Shown: in pieces, positions 9,358 to 19,716 of the stretch | Layout: the number at the start of each line of letters is the position of its first letter | Position numbering within the stretch: the first letter of the stretch is position 1 | Assembly: GCA_964461915.1 (NCBI GenBank) | Contig: CAYWVD010000001.1 | Coordinates: 565,911 to 629,910, forward strand | Length of the DNA stretch: 64,000 bases | Direction: 5' to 3' | Source of the DNA: an uncultured Candidatus Saccharibacteria bacterium | GTDB lineage: Bacteria > Patescibacteriota > Dojkabacteria > B142 > OLB20 | The notes under the pieces: model-generated | What the model saw: the letters and a program-made list of their open reading frames with translations, nothing else | Databases searched by the model: none | Told to the model about the DNA's origin: nothing | Made by a program: the position numbers and the translations under genes

Positions 9358-11266
9358 GGCTCACTTTCATTAAATTAAATAAATTAACTTCATAAATTTT
9401 TTCTCCATTATCGATCAAAAATGATGGGTTTTTTGGAGAAGGTAATTTAATTATCTTACCATATAAAATATTCGTCTGAAAACTAGAAAAACGAACAATT
9501 TCTCCAATCGTAAACTCACTTCTAAATTCAAAATTATCCGATCTTTTTACAGAAAAGTTTTCCATATCAAAATCATCCCTCTGATTGAACAAAAGATTTG
9601 TATCTTCAATGAAAATATACTTATTAATATTCTCCTCCAAAAGACTTAATTTAAGTTCTTTTTGGCTATCATTCCCAATCATAAAAAACGCTATACCAAA
9701 AGGAAAGGTTTTTGTTGATAAGCTGAAAAATCTTGCCAATTCATCATCAGTCGTGTTTGAAATAATAATCCCACGAATCTGATTAGTAATAAATTTTTGA
9801 ATTGTACTTTTATTAAAATCTTTCATGAAATCTGTGAGATTTCTATATAAGATTATTGATTCTTTTGAATTAACATCATAACTTAATCTACCCCAAAAAA
9901 TAGGATAGCCATATTGTTTAGCAAGCAGTATACTTTTAAATTTTGATTTTATTGTGAATCCCGAGGATTTATTAAATGAGAGTAACTCCCCCATTACTGG
10001 ACTTTTAATTTCCTCTACTTTTTTATCCTTTACAATCTTTAAATGCCCATTTTTTATTTCAGAAGAATCAATTTTTCCCGCACATTTTGCGGTAATCATT
10101 GTTTTCTTTTTAGACAAGGCTATAGGATCTCCCCTTTTAACTATTTGCCCATTAAATACTAATAATTTTGAATCCTCTGGTATAAAAAGTGATTCAAAAA
10201 TATCTTTTTCATAACGACCAATCGTTTCATTTTCGTTCATCCAATCACCTATTTTCTTGAGACATATCTGTGATTCATCAAGATATAAGCTAATTACACC
10301 AAATATCTTATTAATCAGATATTGTGTTTGAGGTATAAACTCTATATCTTTACCAACTAATAAATCACTATTAAAATGTTCAAATTCTTTATCGTTTGTT
10401 TTATCTTGTAAGTTATTAATAAAAACATGTTTGGGTAGATAGCTGTCTTCCCAAAAACCATTCCCATTAGGGAGATTGATCAGGTTGTATTTTTTTACCA
10501 ATGTATACAATTTATTTTCTGATTCAAAATTTATTTTTATTTGATTTAAACCCAATTTATATTTCACAAGATATAAGTTTGGTAATAAATAGGTTTTATT
10601 TAAATTTTGCAAAAAACTGGCCTCTTCAAATGATAATAAGCATTCCCATAGAGCCCTTTCATCAAATAAAACATATAGATCGTTTTTAAATAGTTCCTTA
10701 AAAAGGTTTAAAAACAGATCTAAAGTCAAAAACCTACTCCATAAAAGCTCTCCCGATATTATTAATACTGAATTTTTTGGTATTTTTGCAAAATCCACCT
10801 TTGATAAAACCTGGGATAATAGATTAATTGCAATCTGGGTTTCAAAATCATCCTGAGGTATTCTTGGGAAATTTAAAAAAGTTGATTGAATCCTTAAAGC
10901 CTCTTCTTTAGATAATTTCTTCTTGATGCCCCACTTATCTAATTTTTTTATTATTTCGTTATAATCAAAATCATAGACAACAAGATCTGCTATTCCATCT
11001 GAGTATTTCAAATTATGAAAATTTAATTCGAGGTAATGGTAGTCAATTTTTAAAAAGGATTTTATTTTTTGAAGCCTATTTGAAATATTCTGGTTTTCAG
11101 AATTTGAAAACACAAAATCTCGATATGTTGAGTCTGAATTGAATTTACCTCTCGTGATAATGCTTTTGGAGATTTGAAGGTTTCTTAAACTAAGGTTATC
11201 TGCACTAAAGAAATTAGCTATGCTGAAAAACTTACCCCGGATAATTATTGGGGCGGTTGATTTCAT
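9350..11266 (-). CDS. Hypothetical 638-aa protein (no recognisable domain)
   Basis: Long uninterrupted ORF with typical codon usage. Lies between rpsR and ctpA on the same strand, with an 8-nt overlap with the ctpA start. No TM segment and no known catalytic motif found by eye. Confidence 0.5.
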   Translation of the reverse strand: MKSTAPIIIRGKFFSIANFFSADNLSLRNLQISKSIITRGKFNSDSTYRDFVFSNSENQNISNRLQKIKSFLKIDYHYLELNFHNLKYSDGIADLVVYDFDYNEIIKKLDKWGIKKKLSKEEALRIQSTFLNFPRIPQDDFETQIAINLLSQVLSKVDFAKIPKNSVLIISGELLWSRFLTLDLFLNLFKELFKNDLYVLFDERALWECLLSFEEASFLQNLNKTYLLPNLYLVKYKLGLNQIKINFESENKLYTLVKKYNLINLPNGNGFWEDSYLPKHVFINNLQDKTNDKEFEHFNSDLLVGKDIEFIPQTQYLINKIFGVISLYLDESQICLKKIGDWMNENETIGRYEKDIFESLFIPEDSKLLVFNGQIVKRGDPIALSKKKTMITAKCAGKIDSSEIKNGHLKIVKDKKVEEIKSPVMGELLSFNKSSGFTIKSKFKSILLAKQYGYPIFWGRLSYDVNSKESIILYRNLTDFMKDFNKSTIQKFITNQIRGIIISNTTDDELARFFSLSTKTFPFGIAFFMIGNDSQKELKLSLLEENINKYIFIEDTNLLFNQRDDFDMENFSVKRSDNFEFRSEFTIGEIVRFSSFQTNILYGKIIKLPSPKNPSFLIDNGEKIYEVNLFNLMKVSHE

Positions 11267-11284
11267 AGGGCAGATATGAAAATT

Positions 11285-11530
11285 TTAAATCAATTCGTTA
11301 TATGGTAATAAGGCCATATATCTTGCTTTTTTAATCTCTGCGGCAAGCTTCCTTTGGCATTTTGGACTCACTCCTGTTCTAGAGGGGTGAATCATTCTGC
11401 CCCTAGTAGTAACAAACCTTTTTAGTTTATAAACATCCTTATAATCTATAAGATCTGGATTCCCTTTGAATGGATCAGGAAACTTTGGTAATGGTTTGAT
11501 TTTCTTTTTTTTATTTTTCTGTATTGCCAT
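11285..11530 (-). CDS. rpsR: 30S ribosomal protein S18
   Basis: [57 protein letters not shown] is a typical S18 core. Confidence 0.9.
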   Translation of the reverse strand: MAIQKNKKKKIKPLPKFPDPFKGNPDLIDYKDVYKLKRFVTTRGRMIHPSRTGVSPKCQRKLAAEIKKARYMALLPYNELI

Positions 11531-11553
11531 TTTTCAAAAACTACATTAATTAA

Positions 11554-12066
11554 TTAGAATAAATCTTCTGCATCTTGTTTATCTTCAGCTACAGATTCTT
11601 CGATTGGAAGATCTAAATCAGCTGGTGCAACTGCAGGGGTAGCTTCAATTTCTTCGCTAAATTCCCCATCCTTGTTTAATTTTTCACCAAGTTTCTTAGC
11701 TGATTCAATCCCTACGCCTTTTTTATCCTTATCGTCTGTGATTAACATATCATGTAGTTTAATTTCTGTTCTGAAGTGTCTAACTCCATTACTATCTGTC
11801 CAGGTTCTTGTTCTAAGCTCACCTTCTACATAAATTGCCATGCCAGTTGAAAGTAATTGCGCACAGATTTCTCCTAGCTTATTCCAAGCTACAATATTAT
11901 GAAATTCTGTTCTCTCTTGAACATTTCCTTTAGAATCTTTCCAGCTAGAATTTGTAGCTAAGCCGAATGTACAAACAACTGAATTATTTACTGTAACTCT
12001 GATAACTGGATCACGGGTTAAATTCCCGATTAATTGCACTTTATTTAATGACCTTGATGTTGGCAT
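11554..12066 (-). CDS. ssb: Single-stranded DNA-binding protein
   Basis: OB-fold (LNKVQLIGNLTRDP...TEFHNIVAWNKLGE...YVEGELRTRTW). Acidic C-terminal tail ending DAEDLF. Confidence 0.9.
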   Translation of the reverse strand: MPTSRSLNKVQLIGNLTRDPVIRVTVNNSVVCTFGLATNSSWKDSKGNVQERTEFHNIVAWNKLGEICAQLLSTGMAIYVEGELRTRTWTDSNGVRHFRTEIKLHDMLITDDKDKKGVGIESAKKLGEKLNKDGEFSEEIEATPAVAPADLDLPIEESVAEDKQDAEDLF

Positions 12067-12090
12067 CCTTCTAACAATAAAAAATAAAAT

Positions 12091-12381
12091 TTATTTATCT
12101 AAATTAATTAATAAAAATCTTAGAATATCATTCATTAACTTTAATTCTCCTTGGAATTTATCACTAAACTCTGGATCTAAGGTTAATTGATAAACTAAAT
12201 AATATCCCTCATCATGTTTTTTGATTGGATAGGCTAAATGCCTTTTTCCCCATGGGTCTAATTTTGTAATTTCGCCACCTGAGGTCTTAACTAGTTTTTC
12301 TAGTTTTTTTTGGATCCCGAAACGGATATCTTCTGGAAGAAGAGGCTTCAGAATGACCATTAATTCATATTTCTTTGTCAT
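12091..12381 (-). CDS. rpsF: 30S ribosomal protein S6
   Basis: MTKKYELMVILKP...GGEITKLDPWGKRHLAYPI. No poly-Glu C-terminal tail (ends ...INLDK). Confidence 0.9.
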   Translation of the reverse strand: MTKKYELMVILKPLLPEDIRFGIQKKLEKLVKTSGGEITKLDPWGKRHLAYPIKKHDEGYYLVYQLTLDPEFSDKFQGELKLMNDILRFLLINLDK

Positions 12382-12468
12382 ATTCTTACCTAAAAAAATT
12401 ATCTCTTAAATGAAATACTCAATGATAATAACACATAATTATTAAAAATTGTATAGATTTTTTAAGAT

Positions 12469-13575
12469 TTAAGCACCGTGCTTAAATATCATGACATCAC
12501 CATCCTTAACAATGTACGTTTTGCCTTCAAGCCTAACTTTTCCATATTCTTTACACTTTGTCCAACCACCAAATTCTACAAAGTCGTTAAATGAGACTAC
12601 TTCTGCAGCAATAAACTTATTAAAAAAATCAGTATGGATTACACCTGCGGCCTCTTGTGCATTTGAGTTTTTTTCAATTGTCCAACCTCTAGACTCTTGT
12701 TCACCAGAAGTAAAATAAGTCATAAGGCCCAATAAATCATAGCCAGCATTAATTACAGTGTTTATTGCTGAAAATTCTATGCCAAGCTCTTTAGACATAA
12801 GTTCCCTTTCTTCTTTATCCAAAATGCTTAGTTCAAACTCCTGTTTAATATTAATCGGAATAATGATTTTATTATCATCGAGATTTAATAATTCCCTATA
12901 TTTTTTGACTAAACTTTTTTCATCAAATATTACATCGTCGATATTTAGCAGATAAAGCGTTGGTTTGTCAGTAATTAAAAATAATTCACTCCTGAATAGC
13001 TTTTGAGCATCGGCATCAACCCCGTCGGGTATTAAAAAATCTAAGGCAAGAAAACCTTTTTCTAAGTGAGCCTTCATTTGATTTAAAAAATCATATTTCA
13101 ATTTTGCATCTTTATCTCTTTTTGCATCTTTAGAAAGCTTAATAATCTTTTGTTCAATTGACTCTAGATCCTTTAAAATCAATTCCGTTTCGATTATTTG
13201 TTTATCGCTCAAAGGATCTACCCTATTCTCAACATGTAATATACTTGTAGATTCAAAGGCCCTTATAATATGTATTATGGCATCACAGTTTTTAATGTTA
13301 GATAGAAACTTATTACCCAATCCTTCACCCTTAGCTGCACCCTTTACTAATCCAGCAATATCAACAAATTCAACCACCGGATAAACCGTTTTAAGTGATT
13401 TTGAAATATTTGAAAGTTTTTCAAGCCTCCCATCCTTCACTTCTACAACCCCAATATTTGGATCTATTGTACAAAAAGGATAGTTCTCAGCCGGAACAGA
13501 AATATTAGTAATAGCATTAAAAAGAGTTGATTTCCCTACATTGGGCAACCCTACAATTCCAAGAGAAATATTCAT
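12469..13575 (-). CDS. ychF: Ribosome-binding ATPase YchF (Obg-family GTPase)
   Basis: G1 motif IVGLPNVGKSTLFNAIT, FCTIDPN. C-terminal TGS domain. Confidence 0.9.
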   Translation of the reverse strand: MNISLGIVGLPNVGKSTLFNAITNISVPAENYPFCTIDPNIGVVEVKDGRLEKLSNISKSLKTVYPVVEFVDIAGLVKGAAKGEGLGNKFLSNIKNCDAIIHIIRAFESTSILHVENRVDPLSDKQIIETELILKDLESIEQKIIKLSKDAKRDKDAKLKYDFLNQMKAHLEKGFLALDFLIPDGVDADAQKLFRSELFLITDKPTLYLLNIDDVIFDEKSLVKKYRELLNLDDNKIIIPINIKQEFELSILDKEERELMSKELGIEFSAINTVINAGYDLLGLMTYFTSGEQESRGWTIEKNSNAQEAAGVIHTDFFNKFIAAEVVSFNDFVEFGGWTKCKEYGKVRLEGKTYIVKDGDVMIFKHGA

Positions 13576-13641
13576 AATTATTAATTATCACTTAAATTAA
13601 GTTATTGCTAAATTATCCATTTTCCAACCGCCATAATGAAT

Positions 13642-15033
13642 TTAAGGCAGATCAATTTTATCATACATATTTGGAGCGACCCAATTTTTTATACCATTTT
13701 TTTCAAGCTCTTTTCCAAAAGCAGAGATTCTATTTTTTTCGGCATGTATCAAAATTACCTTATTCAAATTATTAAGATTGAAAGAATTAACCCATGATAA
13801 TAAATCTTCATTATCCGCATGAGCAGAAAATCCCCTCAAGTTAAAAACCGAAGATCTTACAACCAAGTCCTTATCCTCTACCAATATTTCGCTAGCTCCA
13901 TCAGTCAACTTCCTGCCCAAGGTTCCTTCGGCTTGAAACCCTACAAATATAAATGAGTTTCGCTTATCTTCAATGTTTTTATAAATATGACCAACTATCC
14001 TACCTCCATCTGCCATACCACTCCCTGCAAGAATAATAGATTTTTTAGTCGAGGTAATTCTTTGAGATTTCTTTGATTTCTTAACTAATTCGACTTGATC
14101 ATAGAAAAAAGGATTGATTTTTACTGAGTTATCCGAATTAGGATTTAACATGTTTGTTGTAATAAACTCCTCAGAGAATTCGGAAGAATTATCTAAATAT
14201 ATTTTAGTTATACTATTTGCCATAGGACTATCAAGATATATATTTATATCTTTAGGCAAATAATCTTTAACTATACCCAACCTTAGTATTGCAAGCATTT
14301 CTTGTGCACGATGTAAAGAAAATACAGGTATATAAACGGTACCATTTTGGGCAAATGTTTCTTTTATGATACGATACATTTGTATCTTTTCCGCTTCTCT
14401 GTCAGTATGTTCAATACCTCCATACAAAGATTCCATGACTATATTAGTAGGATTTATTTGTTTAAAATCATATTCTTTAAAAGATTTTATAATCGACTGA
14501 TCTGTTCTTCCTATATCTCCTGAAAATACCGTTATAACTCCATTATTATTAATAACAACAGAAGATGCACCTAAAATATGCCCTGCAGGAATAAACTTAA
14601 ACTTAATATCTTTATTAATTTCAATTTCATCAAAAAATTTAATCTCAACGAATTGAGATAAAGATTTATAAGCATCATTCATGTCATATAAAATATCATC
14701 AGATCGAAGCTCCTTCTTCCGAATTTCTTGTAGTCTGGCAGAATCTAATAAAATTACTTCGGTTATAAGTTTTGTTTGAATAGTTGAATATATGGGGCCA
14801 TTAAATCCCCTTTTTACCAATAATGGAATTAAGCCACAATGGTCTAAATGAGAATGAGTCAAAATAACACAATAAATTTCTTTAGGATCAAATTGAAGGG
14901 GTAAATAATTGTACTTTTCTTCGTTTAATCCCTGAAACATTCCAGAATCAATCAATATTTTCTTATCCCCGATACTTAGTAAGAACATAGAACCTGTAAC
15001 TAAATTAGATGCACCTAAAAATTGAATATTCAT
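13642..15033 (-). CDS. MBL-fold beta-CASP ribonuclease (CPSF73/RNase J-like, COG1236 type)
   Basis: MNIQFLGASNLVTGSMFLL...ILIDSGMFQG and metal-binding VILTHSHLDHCGLIP. Length 463 aa with beta-CASP region motifs. Confidence 0.75.
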   Translation of the reverse strand: MNIQFLGASNLVTGSMFLLSIGDKKILIDSGMFQGLNEEKYNYLPLQFDPKEIYCVILTHSHLDHCGLIPLLVKRGFNGPIYSTIQTKLITEVILLDSARLQEIRKKELRSDDILYDMNDAYKSLSQFVEIKFFDEIEINKDIKFKFIPAGHILGASSVVINNNGVITVFSGDIGRTDQSIIKSFKEYDFKQINPTNIVMESLYGGIEHTDREAEKIQMYRIIKETFAQNGTVYIPVFSLHRAQEMLAILRLGIVKDYLPKDINIYLDSPMANSITKIYLDNSSEFSEEFITTNMLNPNSDNSVKINPFFYDQVELVKKSKKSQRITSTKKSIILAGSGMADGGRIVGHIYKNIEDKRNSFIFVGFQAEGTLGRKLTDGASEILVEDKDLVVRSSVFNLRGFSAHADNEDLLSWVNSFNLNNLNKVILIHAEKNRISAFGKELEKNGIKNWVAPNMYDKIDLP

Positions 15034-15362
15034 TGTTATATGTATGATATTTTAATTATGGATATTAAGTAAGTAATTTTTATATAATATATTACTCCTT
15101 GTTACTTTATTGATACCATTTAAACAAAACCTTCTAAATAATAATTCAAAACAAATTAAATAATTCGAAGATATTATTATTTGCTTCTAATTTTTACAAA
15201 TCTTTCTCTCGCCATGAAACACTCTCCCCTCGGTATATACTATAATATCGTGCAAATGTTTTTTCTCGTTCCGATCTTATAATTCTAATTAAACTTAAAT
15301 GTTTTTTTGTTTTACAATTTTAATACAATTGATATTTCGAATCGTTTCAAAATTTTATGCTT

Positions 15363-16868
15363 TTATTTCCGTAAAATATTCGTTAATAATTTTAATTCTT
15401 TAGTCAATTCTTCTTTGTTGTTTTTCATGGGATCTTCAATGACAATATTTAGTAGTTTGTCAAGCAGGGAGCCTATTTCGGGGCCTGGTTTAATTCCTAA
15501 CGATATTAAATCAAACCCATCTAAAGCTAAATCTTCAACCTTCAAAACCATTTCTTTTTCCTTTACTTCACTGATACGTTTTTGAAGCGCTTTTATTTCA
15601 TTATTGTTGAATTGAGATTTACTGTTAGATGAGGCATCTGCTATTCTAAGCTTAAATAAATCATCTAAATTTTCCTCACCTACATTTTTTATAAATCTTC
15701 TTATCGCCGAATCTGTCCAACCCCCTATTACCCTACCTTTTTCCTCTTCGATTTTATTAAGTTCTTTTTCTTTTCTCCAATCAGCTGATGGATAATAAAA
15801 CATATGCCATTTAATTAAATTTATTACTCTATTAACTTCAAGTTTGGAGAACTTTAATCTATTTAATATTTCCCTGGTCATTTCGGCACCGATTTGATCA
15901 TGTCCAAAGAAGTGCACTTTCCCATCTTTATCAACTGTTCGTGTCTTAGTTTTACCAATATCATGAAATAGGCCAGCAATTTTAACGCTGTCTTCTGCTC
16001 TATCTAATACTTTTAATGAATGGTCATATAAGTCATCCGAATGCCATTCGGGCTGAGTTATTCCTTTACACAATATTAATTCAGGTAAAAACAGTTCAAG
16101 AAGGCCTGCTTCATAAAGAAGGTTAATCCCCCTAGATGGCTTTGGAGACTTCATGATTAATTTTTGAAATTCATCTCTTATCCTTTCGATTGAAACCATT
16201 TTAGAGACCATCAGGCATTTTTTTATTGACTTAAATGTCTCCTTTTCAATCGTGAAATTCAATTCAGAGGCTAGTCTACAAGCCCTAAAAGAACGCAACC
16301 CATCTTCAGAAAACCTTTCAAGCGGATCTCTTACTGCCCTAATAACCCTGTCATCTAAATCTTGTCTTCCTAAAAATGGATCTATCAATACTTCTCTGCT
16401 TTCTTTTTCATCGATCAACAAGGTTAAATCGATTGCCATCGCATTAATAGTAAAATCCCTTCTCGAAAGATCTTGATTAATATCCTTTGTAAATTCTACT
16501 TTTGAAGGCCATCTGCCACCAAAATAATTCTCTTCTTTCCTAAAAGTAGTAACTTCAATATCAAAATTCTCCTTGTTTTCATCCTCTACTATGACTAAGA
16601 TCGTTCCAAATTTTGCATTTATAGATACAGACCTTGGAAAAATCTTCACTATTTGATCAGGATTTGCGTCAGTTGCGATATCGAAGTCGTTAGGAATAAT
16701 ATCTAAATAAAGATCTCTTACTGCTCCTCCTACAAGGAAAGCTTTAAATCCATTATCCTTCAGGTCTTTTGCGACCCGCAATACATACTGAGGGATTTTT
16801 TTTGAAATAGTTTTCTCTTTCATTTTTTGTACACAATCAATTATACCCTTTTTGAAAATTGTGTACAC
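15363..16868 (-). CDS. cca: CCA-adding tRNA nucleotidyltransferase with HD domain
   Basis: Pol-beta nucleotidyltransferase head (FLVGGAVRDLYLDIIPNDFDIATDANPDQI) and HD region (HSLKVLDRAED...LFHDIGK). Confidence 0.8.
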   Translation of the reverse strand: MYTIFKKGIIDCVQKMKEKTISKKIPQYVLRVAKDLKDNGFKAFLVGGAVRDLYLDIIPNDFDIATDANPDQIVKIFPRSVSINAKFGTILVIVEDENKENFDIEVTTFRKEENYFGGRWPSKVEFTKDINQDLSRRDFTINAMAIDLTLLIDEKESREVLIDPFLGRQDLDDRVIRAVRDPLERFSEDGLRSFRACRLASELNFTIEKETFKSIKKCLMVSKMVSIERIRDEFQKLIMKSPKPSRGINLLYEAGLLELFLPELILCKGITQPEWHSDDLYDHSLKVLDRAEDSVKIAGLFHDIGKTKTRTVDKDGKVHFFGHDQIGAEMTREILNRLKFSKLEVNRVINLIKWHMFYYPSADWRKEKELNKIEEEKGRVIGGWTDSAIRRFIKNVGEENLDDLFKLRIADASSNSKSQFNNNEIKALQKRISEVKEKEMVLKVEDLALDGFDLISLGIKPGPEIGSLLDKLLNIVIEDPMKNNKEELTKELKLLTNILRK

Positions 16869-16906
16869 ATTATTTTGTACAATATTAGCGAGTGTGAAAC
16901 AATTCT

Positions 16907-17521
16907 TTAGATTTCTACCCTACCCTCTAAAGATTTAAGAAGAGTGACCTTGTCAGCATAGTCTAAATCTGCGCCAGTTGGCAATCCTCTTGCTATTCTA
17001 GTTGTAATTAGACCGGGAAGATTTAATTTGTTGACCTCATTTTTAATAAAAACTGCAGTAGCCTCCCCTTCTAAGTTAGGGTTTGTAGCTATTATGAGTT
17101 CTTGAATTGGGACAGGAGAGTTTTTAATTCTTTTTATGAGATTAGTTATGGTTAGATCGTCAGCACCTATACCCTGCAAAGGTGAGATAACGCCACCCAA
17201 AACATGATAAACCCCCTTGTAATCACCCATGCTTTCAAAAGCAATTAGATCTAATACATCTTCAATGATTAATATTTTCGAAATATCTCTTGTCTCGTCA
17301 CGGCAAATCGCACAAAAATCTTCCTCAGATAAGTTGAAACACTTATTACAAAAGTGAATTTTAGTCTTTAATTCACCCATCGATGTTGCGAAATCAGCAA
17401 CAAAACTCTCTGAAGAATGTAACAAATACAGAACTAATCTTGAGGCGGTTTTGGGACCAATGCCCGGAAGCCTTACGAAATGATCAATTAATTTTTGAAC
17501 ATTTTTTGGTAGTGCGTGCAC
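16907..17521 (-). CDS. recR: Recombination protein RecR
   Basis: HhH (FVRLPGIGPKTASRL), C4 zinc finger (CNKCFNLSEEDFCAICRD), Toprim. The ORF extends to 17605, but a GTG at 17519-17521 gives a canonical N-terminus and removes an 80-nt overlap with ybaB. Confidence 0.85.
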   Translation of the reverse strand: MHALPKNVQKLIDHFVRLPGIGPKTASRLVLYLLHSSESFVADFATSMGELKTKIHFCNKCFNLSEEDFCAICRDETRDISKILIIEDVLDLIAFESMGDYKGVYHVLGGVISPLQGIGADDLTITNLIKRIKNSPVPIQELIIATNPNLEGEATAVFIKNEVNKLNLPGLITTRIARGLPTGADLDYADKVTLLKSLEGRVEI

Positions 17522-17525
17522 AATA

Positions 17526-17825
17526 TTAGGATGCCCCCAACATATTTTTAATCTGAGAGATATCCATATCTTTTGCCATTTCTTTTTGTAATTTCTTTTG
17601 AGCATCTTTTAAAGCCTGTTGGAGAGCCTTTACTAGATCTCTTTTGTATTCAACTTTGATTAAATCATCATCGATATCAATGGACTCAACCTCTTGAAGG
17701 CCGTTCATTTTTATTTTAACATCTTCATCATCCGAAAAACCCTCTACCATGACTAGCTTCATCTTCTTTTGCATTTCTCTAGCTTCTTTTTGAAGTTTAT
17801 AAATATCTTTTAATTGATCAAACAT
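17526..17825 (-). CDS. ybaB: Nucleoid-associated protein YbaB/EbfC
   Basis: 99 aa, MFDQLKDIYKLQKEAREMQKKM... Sits in the typical position between dnaX and recR. Confidence 0.85.
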   Translation of the reverse strand: MFDQLKDIYKLQKEAREMQKKMKLVMVEGFSDDEDVKIKMNGLQEVESIDIDDDLIKVEYKRDLVKALQQALKDAQKKLQKEMAKDMDISQIKNMLGAS

Positions 17826-17848
17826 TTCTTAGATAATAATAAATAAAT

Positions 17849-19399
17849 TTAATTAAAAAATTCTTCTACAATTTTAGTATTTGATTTTTTATCTTTATCC
17901 TTTGAGGCCTTTTCGATTATACATTTATAACATATGTTTTTACCACAAATATCTTTAAAAAGCTTCTGAAGAATTAATTTTGTTTCTTTATTATCTAATC
18001 TCTTTTTGTGAAAAGCACTGGAAACTTTAAATAGGACTTCTCCAGAATCGCTCAAATCAATTACAGTACTTGATAAGATAGCAGTTAAAAAATGATTATA
18101 TTTTTTTGCGGCTTCAAGGATTTCAGATCTCTTCTCATTTAGAATCTGTAAGCATTCTTCACCATTTTGGTCCGCGACATCTTCTACCAAATCAACCTCA
18201 TCATCCTTATTATTTTTTTCAACTTTTTTAACATCTTGTTTATCATTGACTTCTAAAACAGCATCCTTCTTTAAATATATCGTGTCTTTGACGCTTACAT
18301 TCTTAGGAGTATTTTTAATATCAGCTGAAGCATTCTTAAAAGCCCCAAAAGCATCGGTCAAATTTACTATAGCCACCTCTAATGGCAAGATCGGGATCAA
18401 CGAAGTCTTCATATCAAGAGAGGCCGTATTAACCTCTTTTATGATGAGCATATATTTTTTAATTGAAGCGTTGTCTTTTCCACTCTTAACTAAACCAATC
18501 ATTTGATTCCTGGATTCATCTAGAACTCTTTTTGCAAAATGCATTAAATTGACTCCGTCTGAATAAATCTGATCAATTATTATAAAAGCACCCTGCCTAT
18601 CTCCCTTTAAAATTTTTTCAATGAATATTTTTACTTGTTCAACATTAACCAAACCCAGTATGCTTTCAACTTTATTTGTATCAATCGATTTTTCTGTATT
18701 TCTATCGATTGCCGATAAAACCTTCTCTAAAATAGTTTCAGCATCTCTAAAACTGCCCTGTCCTGCCTGGATAATTAACGACAAAGCCTCATCAGAACAT
18801 TCAATTTCCTCTTTATATAAAATCATTTTTAATTTGATTTGCAATGACAAATTGTCAGCCAATTTGAAATCAAATCTTTGAGTTCGAGATATGATAGTTA
18901 ATGGCAATTTTTGAGGCTCAGTTGTAGCTAGGACGAATAAAACTTGTTTTGGTGGCTCTTCTAGCGTCTTAAGTAAGGCGTTGAAGGCTGGCTCGGTTAA
19001 CATGTGAACCTCATCGATTATATAGACTTTAAATTTACCCTCAACAGGTAAAAATCCCACATTGTTTTTAAGATCTCTAATTTCATCTATGCCCCTATTT
19101 GATGCAGCATCAATTTCAATTAGATCCATGAAACTGCCCTTATTGATTGATTTGCAATTAGAGCATTTGTTACAAGGCTCTCCATCTTGAAGGTCAAGAC
19201 AATTAACAGCCTTAGCAAGAATTCTTGCCATACTAGTTTTACCCGTTCCCCTTGGACCTGAGAATAAAAAAGCATGGGCAAGATGCCCGTCCTTAACTGC
19301 TTGTTTAAGAACAGTTACGACATGATCTTGCCCAATAATTTCCGCAAAGTTTTTAGATCTATATTTCCTATAGACTGTAAGCATAGCGACAAAAAACAA
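17849..19399 (-). CDS. dnaX: DNA polymerase III subunit gamma/tau
   Basis: AAA+ Walker A (FSGPRGTGKTSMARILAKAVNC with zinc module CNKCSNC), IIDEVHML. Likely start at the M of MLTVYRKYRSKNF. Confidence 0.9.
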   Translation of the reverse strand: MFFVAMLTVYRKYRSKNFAEIIGQDHVVTVLKQAVKDGHLAHAFLFSGPRGTGKTSMARILAKAVNCLDLQDGEPCNKCSNCKSINKGSFMDLIEIDAASNRGIDEIRDLKNNVGFLPVEGKFKVYIIDEVHMLTEPAFNALLKTLEEPPKQVLFVLATTEPQKLPLTIISRTQRFDFKLADNLSLQIKLKMILYKEEIECSDEALSLIIQAGQGSFRDAETILEKVLSAIDRNTEKSIDTNKVESILGLVNVEQVKIFIEKILKGDRQGAFIIIDQIYSDGVNLMHFAKRVLDESRNQMIGLVKSGKDNASIKKYMLIIKEVNTASLDMKTSLIPILPLEVAIVNLTDAFGAFKNASADIKNTPKNVSVKDTIYLKKDAVLEVNDKQDVKKVEKNNKDDEVDLVEDVADQNGEECLQILNEKRSEILEAAKKYNHFLTAILSSTVIDLSDSGEVLFKVSSAFHKKRLDNKETKLILQKLFKDICGKNICYKCIIEKASKDKDKKSNTKIVEEFFN

Positions 19400-19415
19400 C
19401 TAATCGTAATAGAAA

Positions 19416-19655
19416 TTACCTATTATAGTAGACCTGTAAAAAGGTTTTGTTTTTACCTTCTAGTCTTCGTTTTGCTGTGCGTCTTCTTCTCTTCATTTTA
19501 GCCCAAACTTTGTTTTTTTCATGTTTCAAAGTTGTTGGTTTTACACGATATCTGATTTTTTGAAGTACCTTAGGGATATCTTCCCTATTGGCTTCTCTCC
19601 ATAACATCTTTAATGCCTGATCAATAGGCATATCATTGTGAACTATAACTGCCAT
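19416..19655 (-). CDS. rpsU: 30S ribosomal protein S21
   Basis: MAVIVHNDMPIDQALKMLWRE... and a basic C-terminus, typical of S21. Confidence 0.9.
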   Translation of the reverse strand: MAVIVHNDMPIDQALKMLWREANREDIPKVLQKIRYRVKPTTLKHEKNKVWAKMKRRRRTAKRRLEGKNKTFLQVYYNR

Positions 19656-19716
19656 TTAATAACACCTCCTTAGTTGTGTTGTGAAAATTTGTTTTGAAAT
19701 TATATCAGAACTTAGT

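Noticed and set aside
17522-17605. Upstream extension of the recR ORF overlapping ybaB by 80 nt
   Set aside because: It is not RecR-like. A GTG at 17519-17521 yields the canonical N-terminus and abuts the ybaB stop.
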